A stretch of 33,464 nucleotides of DNA from a virus. Its lineage: Duplodnaviria; Caudoviricetes. Position numbers and translations under genes: made by a program. Every line of letters begins with the position of its first letter. Within the stretch, counting starts at the first letter, position 1. The notes under the pieces are model-generated. The model saw only the letters and a list, made by a program, of their open reading frames with translations. It was not told where the DNA came from and ran no database searches. The stretch is taken from the IMG/VR virus record IMGVR_UViG_3300022177_000058, positions 1 through 33,464 of that record; one strand, given 5' to 3'. Positions 1 to 8,632 of the stretch are shown in pieces.

Positions 1-468
1 TTATTCCACTTGTGTTGTTAAGAAAAGCGGCAAAGACATATGGGCTATCTGGTCCTGAAGCTCTTCAATCTCATCGATGTGACGATCCTCATCGTTTAAA
101 ATACCTTCAAGTATTTCACGGGTTGCAAAATCCTTCACCTCACCAGCCAGCAGTATTGCCTCATTGTAGGCTTTAATGGCTCCTTCTTCTGAAAAATGGT
201 CATGCTCCAGTTGCTTGACTGCATCACTGCCAATTTTAATGTCATGCAAATTGCTGACAATGGGAATCCCCTCTAAAAACAAGATCCTAGCTATCAGTTT
301 TTCCGCATGTTTCATCTCGTCGATGGCCCGTTTCTCAAAATACTCGTGGAGTTTGTCATAACCCCAGTTAGCATTCATCTCGGAATGTACAATGTACTGG
401 TTGGTTGCGCTCAATTCATCGGAAAGCAGTGAATTTAAAACGCCAATCAATTTCTCATTGCCTTTCAT
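1..468 (-). CDS. bfr: Bacterioferritin (host gene)
   Basis: MKGNEKLI start with AAAGGAG SD; ferroxidase-type motifs (SDELSA, IDEMKHAE with heme-ligand Met, EEGAI, EDRH); 155 aa. Confidence 0.93.
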   Translation of the reverse strand: MKGNEKLIGVLNSLLSDELSATNQYIVHSEMNANWGYDKLHEYFEKRAIDEMKHAEKLIARILFLEGIPIVSNLHDIKIGSDAVKQLEHDHFSEEGAIKAYNEAILLAGEVKDFATREILEGILNDEDRHIDEIEELQDQIAHMSLPLFLTTQVE

Positions 469-695
469 CGGAACAGCTCCTTTCTTTTTTAACATCATTA
501 TCTTCTTTTACTCAACCTGAACCTAATAACTGTAACATTTAATCTATGCTATTTTTTATATTATATACCTGTTCGGTATCCTAATTTGTAATATCATGTT
601 GAACTACTTCCCCTATTTCCGATAATTAATGACATTGTTTTCATTTATGGGACCTTCTTCACCCACTCCCGTGGGTCCGAGCCCCGCCTCCGGGG

Positions 696-733
696 CAAAT
701 AAAAAAGAGACCGGCTGGTCTCTTTTTTATTTG
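696..733. terminator. Bidirectional intrinsic terminator
   Basis: Perfect 17-bp stem CAAATAAAAAAGAGACC-ggct-GGTCTCTTTTTTATTTG with A/T tracts on both sides. Confidence 0.85.
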
Positions 734-868
734 GCGGAGGACAACGCGGAACGTCGTTCCGCTCCTTCGGTCGCCCTGATCTGCTTTATTTTCGCTCCCT
801 TCGCTGTCCCATTTTACTCTGCGGCTAAAGCCGCGTAAAATGGGCGTGGGACCTTCGAACCCACGGGG
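732..868 (-). other. Disrupted tRNA(Ser-like) 3'-end remnant; candidate left att site
   Basis: Minus strand reads T-arm-like CCCCGTGGGTTCGAAGGTCCCAC (868-846), a 104-bp insert, then TCCTCCGCCA (741-732) and the terminator; lies at the prophage end opposite the integrase. Partner att site is outside the window. Confidence 0.55.
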
Positions 869-1043
869 CTGTAGTCAAACCAAGCAATTTCAATGTTTAT
901 ATGCCTCATTCCCACATTCCCCTCCACAGCTGCTGGCCTTAAATCGACCCGAACAAATATTAAACCTCTTAGTTTATTTAATCACAACAAATTTTCAGCT
1001 AGACTGTCCTATTTCGTCAGCTAATGATATTAAACAGAAAATA

Positions 1044-2102
1044 TCAGCTCATTTTCTTTTTTTCTCTATCTTCTAACTCTTTCGCTAAGTCGCACTTTAG
1101 CTCTTTTAGCGTTTCATAATGCTTAAAGATCTTTTCTAATAATTCTCTATCCCTCCAAGAAGCTTCCTTCATTGCTTCATCAATTACTTTCATAGCTTGA
1201 TTAATAAACAATATTTTCTTTTTTATGTTGGTTACGGATTGACTAACCTTAAAAAATTCACTGATGTAATCTATAAGTTCGCTAAGGTCTTCTGCAAACA
1301 AATTTAATTTGCTATAGTGTTCTTCAATTCTCTTAACTTCAGTGGAGTTTAACATTTTTTTAGTAAAAGATAGTTTGTTTTCATCATTATAGATAATAAA
1401 CGGGCCTTCAACTACAATATCATTAACCTCAATCACAGTACCAGTTTTCAAAGTTATTGTTATATTTCGAAGAATCCCTGCCCTATGTCGTAAATAATTC
1501 GAATCTATCGAGAACATTATCGAATACAGCGCCAGACCCAGCGAGACAAATGCTGCAAAAACAATAAATGACTCCAACTCTTCTTTTATATTATGAATTC
1601 GAGTAAATATTAAAGAAGATAAACATATCACAACAATCAAAGCAAGGTTTTTAAGAACAACAATTATGAAAATAATTTCATCATTATGAATTCTCTTAGA
1701 TTTAATAAAGAATCTTGCCTTAAGTATAAATAATGGCAGTTTAAAGAGAATTCTTAACATATGATTCAACTGTTTAAATTTTTTATATAAAAACGAAGTT
1801 ATAGGATAAATCACATAAATCGATAAAATAATTACATACACTGCCGAATACCAATTTTGGCCTGGAATTTCCAGCTTTAAATAGTTTTTAGATATATAAA
1901 CGACAGAAAAATATATAATAAGAGATGAAAAATATGTTATCCAGTTTAGCATTGCTAGTTTATTATAATAATCTTCTAATTTGTCATATGAAAACTGTTG
2001 AGCTCCAATTCTGCTTTTGTATTTCTGTAATTTACTCTTATTAAAAATAACTTGGAAAATTGTAGCCAACGCTGCCACAATTGCTGCAATGTTAGTCACC
2101 AT
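1044..2102 (-). CDS. AT-rich multi-pass membrane protein (moron/cargo), function unknown
   Basis: 352 aa, about 5 hydrophobic segments then a soluble C-terminal region; AAGGAGGAG SD; follows lysis terminator; TATAAT at 2212-2207. Confidence 0.8.
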   Translation of the reverse strand: MVTNIAAIVAALATIFQVIFNKSKLQKYKSRIGAQQFSYDKLEDYYNKLAMLNWITYFSSLIIYFSVVYISKNYLKLEIPGQNWYSAVYVIILSIYVIYPITSFLYKKFKQLNHMLRILFKLPLFILKARFFIKSKRIHNDEIIFIIVVLKNLALIVVICLSSLIFTRIHNIKEELESFIVFAAFVSLGLALYSIMFSIDSNYLRHRAGILRNITITLKTGTVIEVNDIVVEGPFIIYNDENKLSFTKKMLNSTEVKRIEEHYSKLNLFAEDLSELIDYISEFFKVSQSVTNIKKKILFINQAMKVIDEAMKEASWRDRELLEKIFKHYETLKELKCDLAKELEDREKKKMS

Positions 2103-2245
2103 GCATTTTTCTCCTCCTTAAAATAATTGTAAGTAGATAAGTATACTGTCCTTACTTCTCATTTCTGAAGTTCCCAACCTTAATATTTCCTATTTCACTA
2201 GTATCTATTATAACCCATTTTACTAAATTTACCATTATAATGATA

Positions 2246-2279
2246 AAACTCCCCGCAAGGATTAAGCTGCGGGGAGTTT
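2246..2279 (-). terminator. Terminator ending late/lysis operon
   Basis: 12-bp stem AAACTCCCCGCA / TGCGGGGAGTTT just downstream of holin stop. Confidence 0.8.
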
Positions 2280-2296
2280 CTGAAAGGAGGATTTAT

Positions 2297-2614
2297 CTAT
2301 GTCAGGGCAGCTTGCTTGGTACTGTTCAGCTGGTATACGGCCGCTTCAATTAAAAGTTCCAGCTGGGTGGCGTCAATCTGTATGCCCTTTTGGTTGAGAA
2401 CCTGCAGCACGTATGCCTTCTTATCCTGCCCGGCCCCGGGCTTATTGAAGATCTGTTCAGCAGCCTGGACAGCAATCTGTACGGCGGCATGGATCTTCTT
2501 CTGCTGGGCCTCCGTTGTCCGGGCTTTGATATATGGTACCAGCACGTAGGTGATCAGCGCCCCGATGATGGATATCAGCGCCAAGGTAATTTGCAGCATT
2601 AATTCAATGTTCAT
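2297..2614 (-). CDS. Phage holin, LL-H family-like
   Basis: Single N-terminal TM, AVQAAEQ..GAGQDKKAYV and LIEAAV motifs; next to endolysin. Confidence 0.85.
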   Translation of the reverse strand: MNIELMLQITLALISIIGALITYVLVPYIKARTTEAQQKKIHAAVQIAVQAAEQIFNKPGAGQDKKAYVLQVLNQKGIQIDATQLELLIEAAVYQLNSTKQAALT

Positions 2615-3370
2615 TTATAACACGCCCTTTCCTGTGATTTTTTCATACAGCCGGGCCGCAATGGCGGCAGCTTCTTCTCTTGTTAACGGATCCGTCGGGT
2701 GGAAGTTCCCTTCCTTATCTCCCCGGATGATGTCCAGCTTCTTTGCGGCCTCGATGTACGGGGCGCTCCACCGGTCATCCGGAACATCTTTGAATACTTT
2801 TCCCACTTCTTCCTCCTTTGGCATGGGCTTAAAAAACAGCCCTCCGCTCGATATGATCTTAATATCTTCCGTAACGAAAAAAGCTTCTTCCGGCTTCAGT
2901 GCCCTTCCTGTGGTAAATATCACCCAGGCTTCCCGGGAGTTCTTGACCCATCCGCCGGACCGGATCATCCCGGTGGCCACGCTCATGTGGAAGTGGTTGC
3001 CTGAGGCTTTTCCGTCCTGGCCTTCCCGGAACATTCTTTCGCCCCGCTTGAATTCTTGGCCAACCCGAATGTTTTTGAGGTCGTCATCCTCGGGGTGCAC
3101 CACCATGATGGTCACATAGTCTTTTCCACATGGCATCTCAACCGGCTCTTTTGAGGTCATCCAAATGGTATTGTCGCCGGAGTTACCTACGCCATAGATC
3201 CTCGCTATCTGGAGGTCACAGGGGGCATAGAACCAGTCCCGGTTGCGGTCCACCCCGGCCTCATCGATGGGGTAATCCGGAGGGCTGCCGTTTCGGTTGG
3301 GTTCGTGGGAGTAGTGGCCCAGGTAGGACTGGGTAATCTTCATGTTCTTGCATGGATATTTCAGTTTCAA
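2615..3370 (-). CDS. Endolysin: M23-like peptidase plus C-terminal SLH domain
   Basis: SH..DYPID and GNHFHM (HxH) motifs; C-terminal FKDVPDDRWSAPYI..IIRG..F.P..LTREEAA SLH signature; TTG start after AAGGAGGG. Confidence 0.85.
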   Translation of the reverse strand: MKLKYPCKNMKITQSYLGHYSHEPNRNGSPPDYPIDEAGVDRNRDWFYAPCDLQIARIYGVGNSGDNTIWMTSKEPVEMPCGKDYVTIMVVHPEDDDLKNIRVGQEFKRGERMFREGQDGKASGNHFHMSVATGMIRSGGWVKNSREAWVIFTTGRALKPEEAFFVTEDIKIISSGGLFFKPMPKEEEVGKVFKDVPDDRWSAPYIEAAKKLDIIRGDKEGNFHPTDPLTREEAAAIAARLYEKITGKGVL

Positions 3371-3400
3371 AGCGTTCACCCTCCTTCCCTTCCATGACTT

Positions 3401-3919
3401 TTATATCGTCTCATCGTTCTTTCCCTCCTTTTTCGGGTTGATGTCGTCCGATTCCAATATCTGCTCCTGTTTCTTCCGGGTCCAGATAAGCAGCCACTTT
3501 AGATCCGCGCCGGCATCACACAGGTTTTCCAGGATGCTTTGGGCTTCCCGGAGGAAGATGATCGAATAAACGACGGTCGCGAAGAAGATGCTCAGCTGCT
3601 CCAGCTGTACGACTCTGTACGAAAGCCCGGCCAAAATGGCCACTATTAGATAGGAAAACAACTTGATCCTGGTTCCTTCCCAAAGCCGGTTTGAATTAAT
3701 GGTCCTCTTTTTTACCGCCGCCAGGTACCCTCCGGCCTGATGGGAGAGGGCCACGTACTTGGTGATGATGTCCAGCAGGATCACCGCTCCGACAGCTCCG
3801 GCTGCCGTCTTAAATGCCTGCTCCGGAAAAATGACGTAACAGCACATCCCGATAGCTGCTCCGATGTATGGAGTGGCCCCTTCCATGGCCTTGGTTAAGT
3901 ATGTTTGAAATTGATCCAT
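3401..3919 (-). CDS. Phage holin (holin 4_1 / toxin-secretion-like family)
   Basis: Several TM segments; LLDIIT and EAQSILENL motifs; upstream of endolysin. Confidence 0.8.
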   Translation of the reverse strand: MDQFQTYLTKAMEGATPYIGAAIGMCCYVIFPEQAFKTAAGAVGAVILLDIITKYVALSHQAGGYLAAVKKRTINSNRLWEGTRIKLFSYLIVAILAGLSYRVVQLEQLSIFFATVVYSIIFLREAQSILENLCDAGADLKWLLIWTRKKQEQILESDDINPKKEGKNDETI

Positions 3920-3932
3920 TGGCCTTCCTCCT

Positions 3933-4019
3933 TTAATTTAGCAGCACCGTTATCTCGATGATTACGACGGTCCATGCCACTGCAGCGCTGACTGCCAGTC
4001 CTGTAATTAATTTATTCAT
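3933..4019 (-). CDS. Unannotated 28-aa single-TM peptide MNKLITGLAVSAAVAWTVVIIEITVLLN
   Basis: AGGAGG SD 8 nt upstream; TAATG overlap with upstream stop; its stop abuts the holin SD. Confidence 0.7.
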   Translation of the reverse strand: MNKLITGLAVSAAVAWTVVIIEITVLLN

Positions 4020-5401
4020 TATTCCAACCTCCTGACTCCATCTTGAACGGTCTTAGTGGTACGGTTGATTAATTCCTTGAGTTGGGGTTTGCCCTTCATC
4101 CCGCCGGAGTCTACCGTAAAGGACGTGAAAAATCCATCCTCTCCGAAGGTGTGTTCCACGGTCGTGATAAGCCCAAGCAGATTGGATCCGCTCGGTGTAA
4201 CGATCTCGGCTTCATCCCCCGGAATGATATGTGGTCTGAACGGTCCGGTGAATTGTTCCATGATTCCGGAGCCTGCCATTCTCGTGGCCAGCTCGTTGGC
4301 AAGTTCGGTTAGTTCCGCCAAGCTGGTATCGTCCGGCATATCCACATACAAAGTCTTGTGAGGGGCAAAGGCCCATTCATAGTCGTGGGTAACGTTGACA
4401 TAGTACCGTACCATGCTTTCGGTGGTGGTGTTCCTGCTCTGGTAACAAATCTTCGAGTAGACCTCATCGTCATCTCGGATTATTCCCCGGCTGATAACGT
4501 CGGTTCCCCGATTAAAAGTGTATCGGCTATTTAGGTTCTTAATCGGGTCGTAGGTCACGGTGGATCCCGCTATGAGCTGTCCGTCGAGGGTTTCTCGCAC
4601 CACCCAATTGAGGGATATTTTAATCATCTCATTTAGGGCGGTCAGCATATCCATATCCGGGGGGAACGATAACCCGGCCTGCCAAGCCGTGAGTGGGTCG
4701 TCCGGCTGCTGCACATCGAAATCCGTGATTCCGGCGGCGGTCAGCAAATCCTCCACGATATAAGCGTACACGTCCTTCGGGTAATAGTTTTGTCCATCCA
4801 TCATCTGGTCTTTTAAAAGCTTGCCAGATATGTTCCGGCAATCCACCGATGCGGTCTCGCCATTTACGTCCATGCTGACCCTGTCAACGTAAAAGACCCC
4901 CATCGGGTAATCTTCGGAATCCCCGGAAGTGAATAGGAGTTCGACCTTTTTCCCCGGAGCGAGCTTCGAGGTATCTTCGCCCGATAGTCTTCCACTAGGA
5001 TTTTTAAAAGTGAACGATGCCGCCGATACGATGTTGTCAAGATCAAGCTGAACGCTGGCGGATTGCAGGTAGTTAGTCAGGTCATTCAAAGCATCCCATA
5101 TGCCTATCCTCTGCCTCTCTGCGGTCGTTTCCGTAGCGTCTTGATGCCATGCCCCGAACATCCCGACTCTCGGTACGTTCTTGATTCTGTAAAGGCTCAG
5201 CGCCTTGTCAAGCGTCGCATTGATTGGATCCGCGAAGCTCGGAGTTGTCCAATCAACGTCTCCGGAAGCAGGCTTCCACGATTTCGCTTTTAATCGCCCG
5301 TCGTCTACCGCAAAAAGGTAGACGGAGTTATCCGGCAAGTGGATGGCCGCCGGATTAATTCCCGCGCCCAAGGACGTCGTTACTTCAAAACGCAACTCCA
5401 T
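4019..5401 (-). CDS. Tail tip/baseplate hub protein (Tal/gp27-like) with N-terminal extension
   Basis: SFTFKNP, YPMGVFYVD, PHIIPGD..I..ITTVEHTF..GFFTSFTV pattern typical of hub proteins; tail module context. Confidence 0.65.
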   Translation of the reverse strand: MELRFEVTTSLGAGINPAAIHLPDNSVYLFAVDDGRLKAKSWKPASGDVDWTTPSFADPINATLDKALSLYRIKNVPRVGMFGAWHQDATETTAERQRIGIWDALNDLTNYLQSASVQLDLDNIVSAASFTFKNPSGRLSGEDTSKLAPGKKVELLFTSGDSEDYPMGVFYVDRVSMDVNGETASVDCRNISGKLLKDQMMDGQNYYPKDVYAYIVEDLLTAAGITDFDVQQPDDPLTAWQAGLSFPPDMDMLTALNEMIKISLNWVVRETLDGQLIAGSTVTYDPIKNLNSRYTFNRGTDVISRGIIRDDDEVYSKICYQSRNTTTESMVRYYVNVTHDYEWAFAPHKTLYVDMPDDTSLAELTELANELATRMAGSGIMEQFTGPFRPHIIPGDEAEIVTPSGSNLLGLITTVEHTFGEDGFFTSFTVDSGGMKGKPQLKELINRTTKTVQDGVRRLE

Positions 5402-5415
5402 AGAAGCCTCCTATC

Positions 5416-6870
5416 TTACCAGCTCGCTGTGTATGCTACCTGAGCGTCGTAGAAAAGTAAGTTGTTCTTCGGCGGAAGATCCACATCCCACTGGGCCCGT
5501 ATGATGGCTCCATTAGAGGGCGGATTTGTGAAGACAATATTGGCTCCGCCGTAAAGAGCGACCGCCGTTGGAGGCATGTACGCTGGATTGGCACTGAGCC
5601 ACAAGTATCGGAACAGCTTCGGATCCTGAGTTGTATATTCCGAGACGTTGCTAGTCCCGCCGCCGCCGTAGGTTATATTGAATGGCCCTTCCCAGGTGAT
5701 TCCGTCAACGCTTCCATAAACCTGGATCGTCAAGGTCGCATAGGCTCCGGGACGGGTTACGACTAGCCTACCTAGCGATATGAGCTCTTGGTAGTCTATC
5801 AGCACCAACGCGTTATCTTCCCCCGGGAGATCATCCCCAGTTTGAGTTCCTCGGAGGGTTAAAATTTCTTTGTTGGCGTTGGTATTGTACACTAGCGGGG
5901 TTACTGTTCCGTAGGGCAGTCTCCATGAAGGATCGTGCTTCTTTGTCGTTAATCCGCCTTGGTACACTTTGTAGTCGACGTCTCTAGTTTGTGTTACCCC
6001 GTCCACTTTAATGATTTCCGAATTCGGCTTTATTAGTCCCGGAGCGAATATGAAGGCCTTTTTAGTACCATCCCCGGCGCCGATCTGACGTTCCACGAAG
6101 GTGTACACTGGGAATATGGCCGGATTCTGCAGCGAAACCTTTTCGGTCAAAAGGCCGTTCTCAATGAAAGACATTACCCCCTGATCGTTACCCGTTCCGG
6201 TATCGATTCGGAGCTTCGCGGATGTCCACGTCTTGGTTGCACTATCGTATGTTCCGCCCGTGAGCGCGAGGTTTTGGGGCTTAATCGATGGGTTGTAGAT
6301 CGCCGCGGGCAGAGTCCCATACGTAGCCACAAAAATGTTAGAGAATCGATTTGGGAACGGAACCATTTCGGAGCTCCGTTGGATGTAGAGGGTGGCGTAC
6401 AATTCGATAATTTGAGTGTTCGTTTTCGGGCCTATCGAGATTGGGTTGCCTTCACTGTCTTCGAGAGCCGCGTGAGAAATTAAACATCGGTCGTTCGACC
6501 ACCTCGGAATGGAGACCCCAATTTCACGAAGATAGTTTCCATTATACTCGGTCTCCCCCAAAGTTATCTTCCCAGTAATGGTTACGAGGTCGGCGGTTAC
6601 CACTCTTTGAACATCCTGCAACTCTTTATATCCGCGTTCATTAAACAACGCTGTCCTACTCGCCGCTATTGTTCCGGTCCCATCTCCGTAGTGGAACATG
6701 CGTACACCACCGTAGCACCCACTATTTCCCGCCAAGTGATGGTATATTTGGTCCAGCACAATGTTTTCCGCGTACGCCTCCTGCACTACCTCCCCGGTAG
6801 CCACTTCGACAACCTTAACAGAATAGTGGTTGTGCAGCTTTGGCAGTTGAACATCTTTTATTACTTTCAT
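5416..6870 (-). CDS. Putative receptor-binding/tail fibre-like protein with discoidin (F5/8C)-like carbohydrate-binding insert
   Basis: N-terminal EYNGNYLREIG collar-like motif; GAGDG..F domain; IDY..VYGSVDGITW..FRYLWL discoidin-like motifs. Confidence 0.55.
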   Translation of the reverse strand: MKVIKDVQLPKLHNHYSVKVVEVATGEVVQEAYAENIVLDQIYHHLAGNSGCYGGVRMFHYGDGTGTIAASRTALFNERGYKELQDVQRVVTADLVTITGKITLGETEYNGNYLREIGVSIPRWSNDRCLISHAALEDSEGNPISIGPKTNTQIIELYATLYIQRSSEMVPFPNRFSNIFVATYGTLPAAIYNPSIKPQNLALTGGTYDSATKTWTSAKLRIDTGTGNDQGVMSFIENGLLTEKVSLQNPAIFPVYTFVERQIGAGDGTKKAFIFAPGLIKPNSEIIKVDGVTQTRDVDYKVYQGGLTTKKHDPSWRLPYGTVTPLVYNTNANKEILTLRGTQTGDDLPGEDNALVLIDYQELISLGRLVVTRPGAYATLTIQVYGSVDGITWEGPFNITYGGGGTSNVSEYTTQDPKLFRYLWLSANPAYMPPTAVALYGGANIVFTNPPSNGAIIRAQWDVDLPPKNNLLFYDAQVAYTASW

Positions 6871-6881
6871 AAGGTACCTCC

Positions 6882-8300
6882 TTACACTGGAATAACTTCG
6901 GTGTCGGTCAGTTGCATAGACCCGGATGAGTATCCGACGGCCATAGCGACAGTTTCTCGTGGGTGCACGTCGTAGCTGTGCCTTACGACTTCGAAGATAT
7001 CAATCTTCGCGCTTGAGAGAGTGGGCGCCATCCCAAGCGTCTCTACTTGTGGCGGTAGAGATCCTAGGGCCTGAAACGTACCCCCCGCAACGAACTCTTG
7101 ACGATTCGCGGTTACCGCTACGACGAAGGCTTCCCCGGAAAAAGTCACGCCGCGTCCGGCCGCCGTAGCGGTGGAGTCTAGCGGGGTGGACAGCGTGTAG
7201 TAAGCCTTTTTAGTGGCGACATCTAGGAACGCTTCCCCGACGGATATGCCGGTTCCGCTAAGGGTGTTGCTCACAGATATTTCGGGGTTTCCCAGCCTTA
7301 CTGGGTGCGTGAATTGCACGTAGATGTGCGTTGAATCCGTTATCTGTATCTTCGCAACTCCGTAACTGACTGTCGGAGGTTCTGTTTCGTACAGGTTCAC
7401 AATAGAGACGTTTTGCAGGTTGGAAAACTCAACAGTATCTTCCGGCGCGGAAAGCGGAATAATTTCAACCTCGAACGTGTCAATCGTGGCTCCCCCGAAA
7501 GTAGCTTCCATCGAGAGCCTCTCGGCAGCCACCGACATCCCTGCCCAATTACGTTCCGAAAGAGTCCAAGAAATATTCCCGTCGACTTCGGCCAAAAACC
7601 CCACGCGGAAGTCGTTCGTTCTAAAAAGAGCCAAGTCATCAATGCCGCTGCCTAACGACGTGACTTCCCGCTCTCCTTCCCAACCTTTTATACCGTTCTC
7701 CTGTATCGCGTACGAACGATAATACATTTTCCCATCCGCTTTGAGATAGGCTATAATCAACCCCTGATCGTTGTGTGTGGCCCCATTCGCGGGGACCCAA
7801 CCCCTAACTGCGGCACACTTAGCAACTCCGGTGACTAAAAGTTCCGGGGTGTCTTGCCAGTATTGCATGTATAGGTCTCCGGCCTGTACATAGAACAGCC
7901 ACGGGTATTCCTCGGTAACAAAATTAAACCGCCGGGTATTATAATCTCGGTCCCAGTAGCCATCAAATTCTATTGCTACCGAAGTAACTCCGGAAGCCAC
8001 ATCGAATACATCTTCCCAGGTATATTGGTCATCATACGGCAAGGGTTTTGATTTGACCTGTGCAAGGCCGTTATCAATCGCAAGTGCATAAGCCGTAGCA
8101 GGTAGCGTGATCGCGCTCGGTCTGCTCACGGTCACATCCACATCTGTCAGGAGTTCGCTTTCCTGGATGGTGAATACTTGGAAAAGTTCGTTCTGCAATC
8201 CCCGGCTTAAATAGACCTTCATTTTCGGGTCGGCGTTTTCAGCCGGTACCTGCCATTTCTTCTTGACCCGGTTTAATAGTTCGGACGGTATGGTTCGCAT
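6882..8300 (-). CDS. Minor tail/baseplate structural protein
   Basis: 472 aa beta-rich ORF overlapping the upstream stop in the tail-tip module. Confidence 0.6.
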   Translation of the reverse strand: MRTIPSELLNRVKKKWQVPAENADPKMKVYLSRGLQNELFQVFTIQESELLTDVDVTVSRPSAITLPATAYALAIDNGLAQVKSKPLPYDDQYTWEDVFDVASGVTSVAIEFDGYWDRDYNTRRFNFVTEEYPWLFYVQAGDLYMQYWQDTPELLVTGVAKCAAVRGWVPANGATHNDQGLIIAYLKADGKMYYRSYAIQENGIKGWEGEREVTSLGSGIDDLALFRTNDFRVGFLAEVDGNISWTLSERNWAGMSVAAERLSMEATFGGATIDTFEVEIIPLSAPEDTVEFSNLQNVSIVNLYETEPPTVSYGVAKIQITDSTHIYVQFTHPVRLGNPEISVSNTLSGTGISVGEAFLDVATKKAYYTLSTPLDSTATAAGRGVTFSGEAFVVAVTANRQEFVAGGTFQALGSLPPQVETLGMAPTLSSAKIDIFEVVRHSYDVHPRETVAMAVGYSSGSMQLTDTEVIPV

Positions 8301-8632
8301 CAGACCACCTCCACGCTCACCGTCAGTTTTGTTTCGTAATAGTCATCGTTGAATTTTCCCCACGGTTGTTTGTCAATGATTCTTCCTGTATATTCAAATC
8401 CATCATTGTCAACTACGGACACAAGGCCACCGATGGCCTCGATTCCATCTATTTCATCCTTTACTACTATGCCTGCCACTATTTCAATCTCAAGCCTTTC
8501 AACCTTGCTGCCAATGATTTGAACATGGTCAGATCCGTCTAAAAGGGTTGAGACGATTTTTTTTACTTCGGATTGCTTTATGACTTTTATCCAGTTGGTA
8601 TCGAGGCTTACTCCGTCATATAATCTACTCAC
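8300..8632 (-). CDS. Small distal tail (Dit-like) protein
   Basis: Immediately after tape measure; STLLDGS.HVQIIG motif; positional call. Confidence 0.55.
   Translation of the reverse strand: MSRLYDGVSLDTNWIKVIKQSEVKKIVSTLLDGSDHVQIIGSKVERLEIEIVAGIVVKDEIDGIEAIGGLVSVVDNDGFEYTGRIIDKQPWGKFNDDYYETKLTVSVEVV

Noticed and set aside
621-639. Fur box upstream of bfr (GATAATTAATGACATTGTT)
   Set aside because: Only 12/19 match to consensus in AT-rich DNA; not supportable
668-868. Intact tRNA or tmRNA gene
   Set aside because: Only T-arm/acceptor 3' fragments are present, degenerate or interrupted; no D or anticodon arm
629-1076. Plus-strand ORFs 629-838 and 840-1076
   Set aside because: Run through the terminator, palindromes and att region; no SD or protein-like features
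4019-8300. Diversity-generating retroelement or shufflon acting on tail genes
   Set aside because: No reverse transcriptase, invertase, TR/VR pair or repeated crossover sites seen by eye
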